Positions 40,376 to 52,900 of a DNA stretch of 64,000 bases are shown here, piece after piece. The position numbers were made by a program, and so were the translations under genes. The notes beneath the pieces are model-generated. The model saw nothing but the letters and a program-made list of their open reading frames with translations. It did not search any database and was not told the origin of the DNA. Each line of letters opens with the position of its first letter. Positions within the stretch are counted from its first letter, which is position 1. This DNA comes from Trichoplax sp. H2 (taxonomy: Eukaryota): positions 744,001 through 808,000 of the forward strand of contig NOWV01000011.1 in assembly GCA_003344405.1 (NCBI GenBank). The letters run 5' to 3'.

Positions 40376-41236
40376 TTATTTCAGGTATGGGCCGCCGATC
40401 CACCAATTAGTTGTTGATGCGCTTGTTGCAGTACAAGAAAAGAAAGGATTAACTTTCCAATAGGCACCAAAAACATCTTCACTTTGTACTTGATTAGGAA
40501 CTTTAAATTTTCCGCAGGACGCTGCCGCCTGCGGAAGATCTATATGTAAATGCCAAATATTACTAGTCCAGAATGGAATGCTGCATTTTCTGCAAGAATG
40601 CCCGCGAACATTGATGTAATCGACTGTCACACACGCCGCATTAACCTTAACAGCGAAAAAAAAATTAACTGCGCAAAATGATGCCCTTAAGTAATCACGA
40701 CGATTTTGCAGTCCTTTCACGCTTTGGCTATTAAAGTTACATGTCGCACGGAAATGAGTCGAGGATGGAGCATTTTTTAATGCCACCATTCTAGCTTTCG
40801 AAAGTCGATAGCATGACCAATTAGGTGTGCACTCGCTCGATGGAACATTGTAATAAAATCCCGTACTAAATTTAGGGGTTCGTGCATTGGTTGTTGATAG
40901 TGATTCTATAAGTGTCCATGCGAATCCAGGATCAGATTGGAAATCGCAAAATGCTAGATAAGGTTTACTGATAGAGTCGTAGAGTGTAAAATATCCATTG
41001 CGCGACGTATGGTATAGATTTCTTACGGCAGCGCATGTTATCGGTTTAGGTTTAACTACCTAGTCATTGGTATCAAGAAACACAGTACTTCGTTATAATA
41101 TCGAGTTATATTCGTATTCAGCTATGCAGATGCATTTCGCTAAGTGTTGTTTTAATTTTAAGGAACTTACCGCTAGTCTTACTGTTGGAAGTAGTACAAC
41201 AAGGCTTAACCACGTTAATAAGGTACAGTTGGTCAT
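40376..41236 (-). CDS. Family copy 11 (subfamily A), intact, 249 aa; exons 41236-41171 and 41059-40376
   Basis: MTNCTLLTWLSLVVLLPTVRLA|GTAAGT...TAG|VVKPKPITCAAVRNLYHTSRNGYFTLYDSISKPYLAFCDFQSDPGFAWTLIES..., in frame with ORF 40376..40789. Confidence 0.9.
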
Positions 41237-42162
41237 TCTCATCAAATTATCAGTAACCAAGTTGCAATATCTTGAAGGTAAATAGGTGAAAATTAACTGC
41301 AGTATCAATTTGAATCCTTTTATATGTTTGCTTTCTTGTAACGATATGTTTAGAATACTATTAATTTATGAGATATTCCAACATACTGTAGACAGAAGAA
41401 AATTCATGCAATTGAATATAGTTATAAGCCACAATTGAAACTAATTGCTGGCATTATTTCTGGACAGAGAATGCTTCTGGAAAATCTTGTGGAAAGAATA
41501 ATACTCCGCTAATTAAAGGATCTCTAAAGATATTTACATGTCGCTATTAGCTACCTTGAGCTTCCATTAGTAAATACAATAATGTCTTATTTTATAATTT
41601 TGAACGAGTAATTGTAAGGCAAACTATATTAGCAACATACCCTTGTATGTGTAACAAACTGAGACTCGAAAGATAAAAAATAAGTATGTTTGTGCAATTT
41701 CAGTTCACTTTGCTGTTTCACGGATCTGTATCTCTGTCCTGTTTTTACTTTCGGACTTTTACATTTTCGCAACAGTTTTAAGGGAATGAACAACAGCCTT
41801 ATTTGTAACCAATTAAATTAAAATATATGTTGTCCTAACAACTACCGGTTGACAGCTATGTCTTTAAAATACTTAAGGAAACTACTTACTCAGTTAATTA
41901 TTGCTGTACATTTAGATAATTATGTACGACGTTAGAAAATCTGATTTATTGATTATAATTTATAGACAATCTCATAGGGCGTATGCTCGTAGTGGTATAA
42001 GTAAATTATTATGTACATTATGTCAAACTCTAAGGCAAATACTAAGGAAAAAATAGCGCCACAGTAGTTATTTCTAGGAATCATACAATCAGCATATTGA
42101 TTTCATTATGGCTATATTTACTATAGATGTGGCAGTAACGGTAATATTAAATTGTCTCTAGT

Positions 42163-42660
42163 TGTGTGGAACATGGTGTCAGTTCCTCCTATGTTAGCGC
42201 TATATATATATATTGATTATCTATTGGTGGGAATCGGAAAGATGTAGCGGTGTTAATGGGCCTCTTGGCGAGAAGTGCAGGTGGAAGTCCTAGAAGATTG
42301 ACTATTGGTCGAGGAGCTGAGAAACAAGGTTCGAGGCGATATAAACAAGACGCGGATCATGTTAAAGGGCTTCTATACTGTAGCCGTTACGATATACTAT
42401 TTTGTATAGGGAAAATTGTGATAGAGTTTTGATGTAAATATTTACATCAAAGATAGATATATAAGGAGGCTAATATAATTGTAGAGGTAGATAGATTCAT
42501 TCATAGGTTAGCTTGAAGAAGACATAGTAGATATTCTTTTGATATTATATCCGTAGTTTTTAATGCCTGTATTTTAACATCGTAATAAACTTTTTATATT
42601 AACCGAGTCTTACTCATTCTTGTGAGTCGATTGTAGTTAATATAGGGAAGTAGTATTACA
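42163..42660 (+). mobile_element. Possible LTR-like element (low confidence)
   Basis: GC-richer block with GATATATAAGG (~42457), AATAAA (~42584) and a TTACA end. No target-site duplication found and boundaries are uncertain. Confidence 0.3.
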
Positions 42661-44080
42661 GTAGCCTTTGAGATACTTCAAGAATGGAGGTTTTAAATCC
42701 ATTCCTGAGAAAAATAGCAGCAATTTCGAAACTGATCACACGTACTGTACAGGATTGCTGGACTTTGGCCGGGCAATACGCGTATTGGCCAACTTCGGGT
42801 TTTGGCCGTAACCTAAATACCTATAACGACTAAGCTAGTGGTTGATTACAGTATAATTTTAATTGCGATGAATTATAGCTAATCGTAAAGCCATTTACTG
42901 TTAATAAGAACTGTTTGCTTTTCGAAAGAAATCTTTGTAATATTGTAGACAACTGGATCGCATTCATTCTTCTGTGATAGATATAGTGATTCTGAATTTC
43001 ATGAATAAGTATCGAAACTATGAGCAAATGTATTTATAGCTTTTTTTGTGTTTCAGCTGCTATATACGTTATCACATAGTCGCATATACAGTACAACGGC
43101 AAGGTATAATTGTGACTAAAACTTAACCATATGAAGAGAATCAATAAAAAATAGGTTTGTGCCTGTTAGTACTGTATGGCTCTAATTCATCTTCACATGT
43201 AATGCATAGCAATAGCATGTATTTTACGTATCTACTCTAGCACATATGGGCCCTATCACATGAATGTAATCTTTACCTGACGATTTTATAAAACTAATCG
43301 GCTATGAAAGCTCTACAGTTTTTGTTGCTACGTTGATTCATTTTCAGTTTTACCTTTCCTTTTTAATTCCTCATCTCCGAAAACAAGTTAAGCAGATCGA
43401 TCGATTTATACAATGGGAAACATTGATTATTTACATGAGGAGGAGTAGTTTAATTTAGTGGTTTAAGTCTAATTGTCGGCCACCTTGTTGGCGTAAATAG
43501 ATCGGGCTAAATATATCAAGAACTGTCGACAGGCGCTGGTGATTTACTTCGAGCTCAGGGTATCTTACTTTAGATTCTTGTTACTAATTAATTATCGCTC
43601 TACTTTTCTAAATTCTTATAGTAAAAGCCATGTTTACTTTTCTATCTTAACTGAGACTATTATTGTAAGAATTAGACTTCTAAACAGATAGGATACTTCG
43701 GATACTTTTCTTACAACTATTACAAAGTGTATGTGATTCCTGAAAAATAATTTACGCCAATTTCATAAAAGAAAACCCTATTTAGTGTGTGACGGTACAA
43801 CAACGCTCTGAAAACACGCTTTCTTGAGAATATTTCTAGTTTCGAAACGATAGTAAACTACAATTATCTACTTAAAACAAGTACTTAAATGGCAATTATT
43901 TACTTTTTTCATCTATTAATAATTAGCATTTCTAATAGATTTTTAAAGAAATTTTAAATTCTTGTATATCGTAGTAAGTAGACGAACATAGGAGAATTCC
44001 TAAACCTAATATATAGATTCTACTTGATATTTTTATTTTTCATTTTCAAAAGCCACATACTTATACGAAACTTAGTGAAA

Positions 44081-44920
44081 ATGGCTAAATACTCGTACGC
44101 TTTACCAATATGTTTGATCCTGATTGCTATACTGCCAATGGCAAGGCAGGCGGTGAGTTACTTGACATATTGAAACATAATACTGTAGTAATACTATTCA
44201 ATAAGTCATAACGATATATTTATTCTTCATGATGCTGATTAGGCGGTAAAACTGAAGCCAACAACATGCGCAGCCATTACGAGCATCTCGTATCTCGCGA
44301 AATGGATATTTTGCAATGTATGATTCTACTTATAAATTCTATATTGCATTTTGCGTCTTTCAATCAGATCCAGGATTTGCATAGACACTTGTAGAATCAC
44401 TCTCTACTCTCTATGCACGAACGACTAAATTTCGTAAGAGCTTCTATTATAATATCCCAACCAATGAGTGTATGCCAAACTGGTCAAATTATCGACTATC
44501 TAAGGCTGGAATGACTACAGTAAAAAATACTCCATCATCAACTCATTTCCGTGCTACGTGTAACTTTGATGATTAAAGCGAGAAAGGATTGAGGAATCGT
44601 CGCGACTATCTAAAGGCATCATTTTGCGAATACGATTATTTTTTGATTTCTAAGCTGCTTGGACTTGTGTTCTAGTCGATTATATCAACTATCGCGGATC
44701 TTCCTGCAGCAACTGCCGTATTCCTCTCCGAAGTGATATTAATTGGCATTCACATACAGATCCACAGCTCGTTAGAGAGTCTTGTGGAAAGTAGTTTAAT
44801 GTCTCAGATGCAATAGCTAGCGAAGACGTATTTGGTAGTTGTTATAATTTTAACCCAAGATTTTCTTGCGTCACTAATAGTTCAACAACAAAAAATTGGT
44901 GGATTGGTTGTCCTATCACC
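44081..44920 (+). pseudogene. Family copy 12 (subfamily A, inverted orientation), pseudogene
   Basis: MAKYSYALPICLILIAILPMARQA|GTGAGT, exon 2 from 44243 (AVKLKPTTCAAI...). Contains frameshifts, TAG at 44382-44384 and further stops. HFRATCNF, VDYINYRGSSCSNC, SEDVFG and NWWIG are retained. Confidence 0.88.
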
Positions 44921-45827
44921 GAGGTACCCTTTTCTACCGACTAACAGCAATTCCTTAATTTCTAAAATACGTCTTAACTTCGTACCTAGAATTTGAAAAC
45001 TGTAAATTATCCGAAAATACCTGATTACCTTTTCTTCAGAATATGATAAAACTGTAGCGATATTAACGTTACTATAAAGATAATAAAGCTCGTTGCCAAC
45101 AGCTCTATTTAAGATTAGCGAAAACAAGGATAAGTGTGATCATTTTATCCGTAGAAAGGCAGTACTGATTTCAGTTCTGTAGGAAATTATTGAACGGTAA
45201 ATCGTAGAATTCTATTTACATTCTAAGTTTAGCATGCCAATTGATGCAATAAATGCGGTATTCCAAGTAATAATGATAAACACTTAAGCTCTATTTGTTG
45301 ATTGCTGACTCAATTTCTATTCTTCTTCAGGTAATATCATATCATTTAATTCCCTTGTCCATATAGCATAGTAGCTCAAGCTTACAACGACTACCGTTAT
45401 TTAATATAATATTTCAACACCCTCAATTTTGACTTAATATTAACATATTTTGCATATTGAATACGTGGGCAGCATGGTAGTGTATCATTATCAGCAGTTA
45501 ATATTCAATTGGGTAAAATACATCAATCGATAACAATTCTCATAAATTAGTCAAGAAATAACGCTAACTGTATTAAGAAACATCAATCTCCGACTAATTT
45601 AGCACATTGATACCATCCGAATTCAAAATTTAGTATCTTATAACTTGATTTCGTATATAGATTAGAAGATTAAGGATATTTTTATTGATCACACCGGCGT
45701 AATTTGCTATAATTACTACATTGTCTATTTAAAGTACTTATATATTTATGTTTTATAGTAACGAAAATCTAACGTAAGAGGCTATAAAGTGTGTTGTGAT
45801 TCTGGCTATAATAAGTATGTAGACTGG

Positions 45828-45847
45828 NNNNNNNNNNNNNNNNNNNN
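45828..45847. other. Assembly gap (20 N)
   Basis: Run of N; ~42 nt of sequence is duplicated on both sides of the gap. Confidence 0.99.
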
Positions 45848-45860
45848 GTCATAGAAAGTG

Positions 45861-46225
45861 TGTTGTGATTCTGGCTATAATAAGTATGTAGACTGGGTTA
45901 TTAATTAATTACTGTTTTTGCACCAACGAAGTTGGTGAGGATATATAAAGTCTCAAAGTTCTTAATTGAGAGTTAGTTACGTTAGTCGATGACAGATGGT
46001 TATCAGTTGCTAGTCGTAATTGTAAGTTGTGCGTTCAATCGGACATTTTAATAAAATAGCTTCTAGAATAAAGTTTTGATCCTTAACGTGAGTAATCTAT
46101 CGTCTAAGACTCGAATCTAAGTTTGGTTGATTAAAGAGTGCTTAGAGTTAGTTGCTTAGATAGTTAATTCTACTTTAGAGGAAAGAATCCCGTTTAATTC
46201 TTGTGTTACAATCTCGGTTGTGACA
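45861..46225 (+). mobile_element. LTR-like element (365 bp); its first 36 nt also occur at 45792-45827 before the gap
   Basis: TGTTGTGA start, GGATATATAAAG, AATAAA motifs, and end TGTTACAATCTCGGTTGTGACA. Confidence 0.6.
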
Positions 46226-46903
46226 AACGCTAACTGTATTAAGAAACATCAATCTCCGACTAATTTAGCACATTGATACCATCCGAATTCAAAATTTAGT
46301 ATCTTATAACTTGATTTCGTATATAGATTAGAAAATCAAGGATATTTTTATTGATCACACCGGCATAATTTGCTATAATTACTACATTGTCTATTTAAAG
46401 TACTAATATATTTATGTTTTATAGTAACGAAAATCTAACGTAAGAGGCTATAAAAAGGATAATAGCTAAAATGTAACGCAGTTAATACGTCCAAGATTGG
46501 ATTCTATTAATCAAAATTAACAAGTTCTTGTAAGGAATCACATTAATCATTCCGAATCTATTCGATTCGTATGTTTAGCTTAAATTAGTGCAATAATTCA
46601 TTGACTGTAAGCATTTAGCTTTTAGCTGCACTGACAATACAAAATAGTTTAGTATGAATATAGAAAGGAGAATTTAATCATACGATGAAATAACGCTTAA
46701 TTTTAACGAAAGGTAATAATTTTAAGCTGTTAATGTGCAAAAATGTGTTGAAAATGCTATAAAAATACAAATATTCAAAGTGTCTGAATCAGTTTGTTAA
46801 TGTATTTAAGATTATCTAACTCTTACATCAAATATACTGTATTACCGCATCTTATGGTAATTTATCTGTACTTAATACAAACCTTATCCAGGTTGTATTT
46901 CAC

Positions 46904-49900
46904 TTATCCAGAACCAGTACTCCTTGCTAATGCTTGAGTATAACAGCCTGCATAAGCCTCTTGGAAAGCCTTCGTAGAAGATCCAATACGATTTTCCATT
47001 TGTACAATTTCATTTGAATAATCTTGTAAAAGTTGTTGTTGCCGCGCTATATGATCCCGTAATGCTATAGATCCGTAACGTACGATATTTTATCAGTTTC
47101 AACGACATATAGATGCTAGTACGATAATTTTTTCAAATCTTACCTTGTATAGTTTGTAATTTATTCTGTGCCTCCGTTCTTATCCTGGTAATCATCCCTA
47201 ATAAGGTACGCACTTGATCCGATGCAGGTTTAACTGCGGTTACGATTTTTGCTCTTCTGGCGGATATGTTTTGATATCTCGCATTAAAATCCGTTAAATC
47301 CTGTGAGCAATATTATGTCAACATAAAACGCCATAGTAAAGTAGCAATTAGAACTATCACAAAGATTAACTCAAGAGTACTTTAATGTACAATTTTGTAT
47401 TGACAATTTAAAATGTGTTTACAAACCTGTCTAGTTATGTTCATTTCACTTTCAGTAGTTGTTGCTGTATCACTAGCCAATTGTGTATAATTTCTTACTG
47501 TACTTTCTTCATTTTGCATAATCTCACTTGTTGTATTCATTCCTTGAATATTGGCTATCGCACTATTTGTAGAAGCATTCATCTGCTTAATATTATTATC
47601 AATCTAAGAAAATGAAGGCAAGAATATGAAAATGTTAGTAAAGCAATGATTAAAATACATATATTAGAAAATTATGCTCTGGCTGAGTATGAAGAAACTG
47701 AACAAGTTCATGTTCATGTCTACTACCAACAGATTTATGAAAGTGATCATTGAATAAAAATTAAATTATTTACTTGATTGACTGTCACGTTTGTTCTCTT
47801 GAAGATACCCCAGAGTATAGCTAGGTTATCTGAAGCTCTTGTCTTTTCGATATTATATTGATCTATTCGAGCTTGTAAATCTGCAATCGACACTTCAGCA
47901 TTATCAATTGCCGTCCTAAAATAAATTATAACGGAAGTATTTTTTTGAATTCAATTAACAGCGTAAATTAAAGTACTGTATAAACATTATAAGAAAGCTT
48001 CTGAAGAGAAATATGATGAAATACAGAAGGACGAACCGAATGCCAGCAATTCGAGCACGAATTGCTGATACAAGGCTGACAATAGAAGAAGAATTTTGCT
48101 GTCCAGAATTGCCTTCTAGAACTTGCAATGTAGCATTGAGTTGATCAGATAATCTTACAATCTCAGGCAGATTAAGAGCTAATTTAATGTGGGTAATTTC
48201 GATGTTAATACGATCAATATTGGAAGCGTTAGGCCATTGCTGATTTAAGAAGGTGGATAGTCGATTAGTTACTCGACTAATATTATTATATGCTCGTGAC
48301 CAAATCTGTGCCTCGCCGTTCACTTGGACAATAAAATTTAAAATCTCTCTTAATGTTGCGTTGTTACGTTGTGATAAGTCATTTCTAACTCTTAATGCTA
48401 AATCCAAATCACGTAACTTATCAACTAAGCTAATGCTAGTATCTCTTGCAATCCTGTTACTCCTTGCAATCAAATCAACTGCTCCATCACAGTTATTAAT
48501 AGTATTGCCACATAAAGAGCAGCCCATACCGCCACATGTTGTATCACACTGATTCGTTTTTCTTCCGCAGAGAAAGCGATTAATATCTGCCACCATGTTC
48601 TGTAGTTTTGATGTTTCATTCTGTAACTTTCTGATACTTTGCCAATCAATTGCTTGACGATCTTGGATATTGGTCAAACGTGGTCGGAGAATGCGTATCT
48701 TGATTTCTGCGGCTTTAATTTTATTACCTGCAATTAATGCTCGTTGCCTATACCTTTCAGCAACTTGAGAAGAATAATTTAAACTGGCTAAAGCACCAAT
48801 TGCCGATGATTCAGATATATTGGTGAATTGGATTCGTATGCTATTAACTTGATCATCTTGATTAGTAAGTGTTGTATTGTCATTTGTTATAGTTGTCCTC
48901 ATATTCGGTATTTCACGATTAACGGAGCTTAAATTTTGAAAAAGCTGTTGATTTATTTGTTCATATTGCTGTAAATTACTGCTTGCATTTGTTAATGTAC
49001 GGCGTATAGCGTCTAATTTGTCCATCGTTACTCGCTTATTCTTCAAGAAATTTTCAACTGTTGTCATATCGTTCTCCAGTTGTCGTAACCCACCAAAGCC
49101 GAATATGAAGCTACCATTAGCAATTAAGTTCTGTGCCCTTTCGACTTCTGTAGAAGCAATGTCATTAAAGTCTGTGATTCTTTTATTCCAATCAAAATAA
49201 CAAACATGGCATCTTCTACAGCTAGGGAATGTTCCTTGGTATCCATCTGCACACCGATCACATCTGAAACCTCCAGCTGCTGCTATACAATAACACTGAC
49301 CAGTTTTACGATCACATTCAGTGCTAAGAGAACCCATTTTATTGCAGTTGCAAGCTAATTGAAATTAAAATCATCCATAAATATGAGTACAATTACCAAG
49401 TCAGGTATATATTCAAATGCAAACTGCAGTACAGACTATAAATTTTATTTTAAATCCGATTATTAGAGGTTATAATAATTATGCGTTACATGTTAAAATT
49501 CTTAGTCAAATTTATGAAAAAATTTATTTTATTGCAGACTAATTCAGAACTTCTTTTTCGATGATAGCGACTACTAAACTCACTTAGTTATTATATTTTG
49601 AGCAATACGAATAATGACTTTGGTAAAAACTGACCGTAACATGTAGTCGATGGATTACCCCAAAAGCCATCTTCGCAGTCACAACATTTATCGCCACTGT
49701 ATCCTTTAATACAACTGCATTTACCAGTAACCTGAAGATAGTTATTTACAATTAGGAGCAAATCGATATCTGAGAAACAAATCGTCATCATTCTACTGGA
49801 ATAGTTATTATCACCCTACCGCATCACAATTGGCTTGTAAAGAATTATTACGGCAACAACTACATGGTTGGCAACCCTTTCCACTGGTGATATTCCAGAA

Positions 49901-52900
49901 TCCTGTAGCACACTTATCGCATGTTTTACCGATTACATTAGAGCGACAAGTGCATTGTCCCGTTATAGGATCACAGTTTCCATCTACGCTTCCATATTCG
50001 TTGCATTGGCAGGCTGATTGGTTACCGGAATTTAAACAGAAGTTATTTTAGGTAATTCGATAATTTTGTAAGGTTACAATTCCATACCTATGAAATAAAG
50101 CCCACTACCACTTAATTTAATTACTCACGTCGACATGTTCGAGTTAATGCCTTTCCATAGTAGCCAGGTCGGCACTGGCTACAGCTGGGACCACCGGTAT
50201 TGTATAAACATTTCAAGCACTCTCCGGTTTGATTATGGCAGCTACCTGGTTCGTTAACATTAATATTGTTGTTACATTGACATGGTAGACATCTGCCGCC
50301 AACGCTTGTAGGATTTCCATAGTATCCTGGTGCACATAGTTCACAGTTATTTCCTGTATAGCCAGTTGTACAATTTTCGCATACAATCGTAGTTCGACTT
50401 TGTGTCGATCGGTAATAGCAAGTAGAACTGAACTGATTGCCACTAGAGCCACCTAATTGGTTTATAACACCAGATGCATTAATTTACTATATGCTAATAG
50501 TCGATATAAAGATATAATTTTTAATATGATAATAAAGAATGCATTACAGAGTTAAATCAAATAATTTCTATTTGTATACCTGGGCATTCGCATCTTACAC
50601 AGTCATTAGGTGTTCCAGTTGTTGCTGTTCCCACAAAACCTGTTCTACATTGATTACAAGTAGGCCCAGCAGTATTATGTAAGCAATTTAAGCAAGTTCC
50701 GTTTCGTTGATCGCAAGATGCAGAGTGTCCATAGCATTCACATCGTTGACAATTTGGAAATCCATAATAAAAATACTGGCAACGTGCACAATTTAAGCCG
50801 ACAATATTACGTTTGCAATTACATTGGCCGGTGTTAGCATCACAAGATTCAAAATTAGTGGAGCCTTGACGATCACATTTACATTCTATAATTATTAGAA
50901 GATACAATGAATATTATTTTTGTTAGTGAAAGGTATTAAATGCTCGTTAAAGGCACGATAATGATCTAAATTTCTTTTAAATTAGCTTGAATGCAAAAGA
51001 TTATATCTCTATGTAAAATTTGGTGCTGCAATTCATAAGGTGCAACCTCGACATCCGTCAGGTAGACCAAAGCCGTAGGCTCCAGGTAAACATTTATCAC
51101 ATCGACGACCGAATATATTCTTCTTACATCTGCACTGGCCACCAACTTTATCGCATGCAGTGCCGGAAATGGTACCAGTTGGATTGCAGTCACAAACTTT
51201 AATAGGATGAAGATGTATATCGAATATTTTAGTTACCTATATTTCTTATAGACTGTATTTTGACTATGTGATGCAATAGCTATAATTCCAAATTTGATAT
51301 TGTAAGCCTACCTAAGCCGCCGTCGTTAAGAATATTAGACACGGTAAACATTACTTCTTTGCAAGTTTCCGATAAGTCACTAACATTGTAGGGCTTATAT
51401 AATAATTCTGAGCAATATTCAGCTTCTGCAGAGGCAAGTGTTTTTACCAGCGTTGTGGATAACTCTACTGATGCAAGCGAAGTCAATGAAGGCCAGAGCA
51501 CAATCTATCAATGGCATAAAATGAAGGTACGTATAGCTAAATAATCTCATAATTCTTCAAGTACGATAGTCTAACTTCATTCTTAAATTCAAGTAAATTT
51601 AATAAATTCACAATTTATTCAACAGTTGTTTAAATTACAAACCGAATCTAACTTCAAAGGCACGTCAACTCTTTCGTTATTGATATATTGAATTTCAGTT
51701 ATATAATTCTTATCACGACCGAAGCAAATAGGTATGGTAATATATGCACCGTCCACCGATGTGTTTTGAAATTTTAGGGGAGATGAAGGAATATCGCAAT
51801 TGATAGGTACACCACTTGGAGGTCGTTTTATGTCGACCGTTATAGTAAAATTATTTAATCCCTGTGTGTATTGCGTTTGATAGAATATTAATTTACGATC
51901 TAGCAGAATGTTTCTAAAAATTCATTGCAACTTTACGCAGGTACTAAATGCTCACTTCTAGTTCAAATATAGCTCAATAACTTACTGGTGTAGGCTCAAA
52001 GCGGACCAACAGACTATACATGAATGTATAGGAGACGGAAATTACAATCCGAACAATTCCATTTGTTTGTATTATCCGATATCCAGTCCCAGAGTATAAT
52101 TTATACGGATAATCGTAGAAATGATTAATTGTTTGAACAGTACTGGCCTAGGGTATTGAATTAAAGATCAATGAGAAGGCTTGATTAAAACGTTACTATC
52201 TGATCCAAATAAATTAGACAATCAGATATCCTAAGGCAGGTTCTAATCTTAATTTCTTTACTTACCCCTCTAACATCTAAGACATTTTGTTCTTCAGCTT
52301 CAAATCTGATTGAATCCATCAGAGAATAGTAATGATTGGCGGTAACTTGATTACACCTTGGGCTTACAAGATTCTTTCTACATGGACAAAGTCCAGTACT
52401 GTCATTACAAGAAAGACTATAAGATCCTGTAGGATGGCATAAACAAGGTCGGCATTGAACAGATGGAGATGTCAAACCCCAGTAAGTATCCTAGATGACA
52501 GAATAGATTTTAAATACTTAATCTGGTAGCTGCAACGGGAAGTAAATTCTAAGTACTGTAATGCCATAATCCTGGACTCAATCTCTTAAAAAACATTTCT
52601 TCATAAATTCACCTTGCATCTTTCGCATCTTCTTCCATCAACATTTAATTCACAACTACATTGGCCAGAGTTAACATCGCAGACAGTATTATCTACGGTA
52701 CCATCATTATAGCAATTGCAAGCTAAATAATAAAAGATTTTGATATTAAAAGATGTCAATGCATTTTTATTCTGATCAGAATCAAATTATTCATCTTAAC
52801 GTGCTGTACATACGCAAACATCCCAAAGGATTGGTATCGTTTAGACCATAATAGCTACTCTTGCAAGAATCACACCTATTGCCCATTACATTGCTTTTGC

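Larger units (their letters stand above)
45560..46454. repeat. ~229-bp near-identical direct repeat (45560-45788 and 46226-46454) flanking an LTR-like element and an assembly gap
   Basis: aacgctaactgtattaagaaac...aagaggctataaa occurs twice with about four substitutions. Confidence 0.9.

Noticed and set aside
6118-44920. Recurrent TAG/TGA at conserved Trp codons in several copies, suggesting stop-codon recoding or RNA editing
   Set aside because: TGG is one transition from TAG or TGA, and the same copies carry frameshifts and other stops; ordinary pseudogene decay explains it.
48253-51202. Plus-strand ORFs (48253, 49018, 49830, 51020) and alternative-frame ORFs (50213, 50966)
   Set aside because: They are antisense or out-of-frame shadows of laminin exons.
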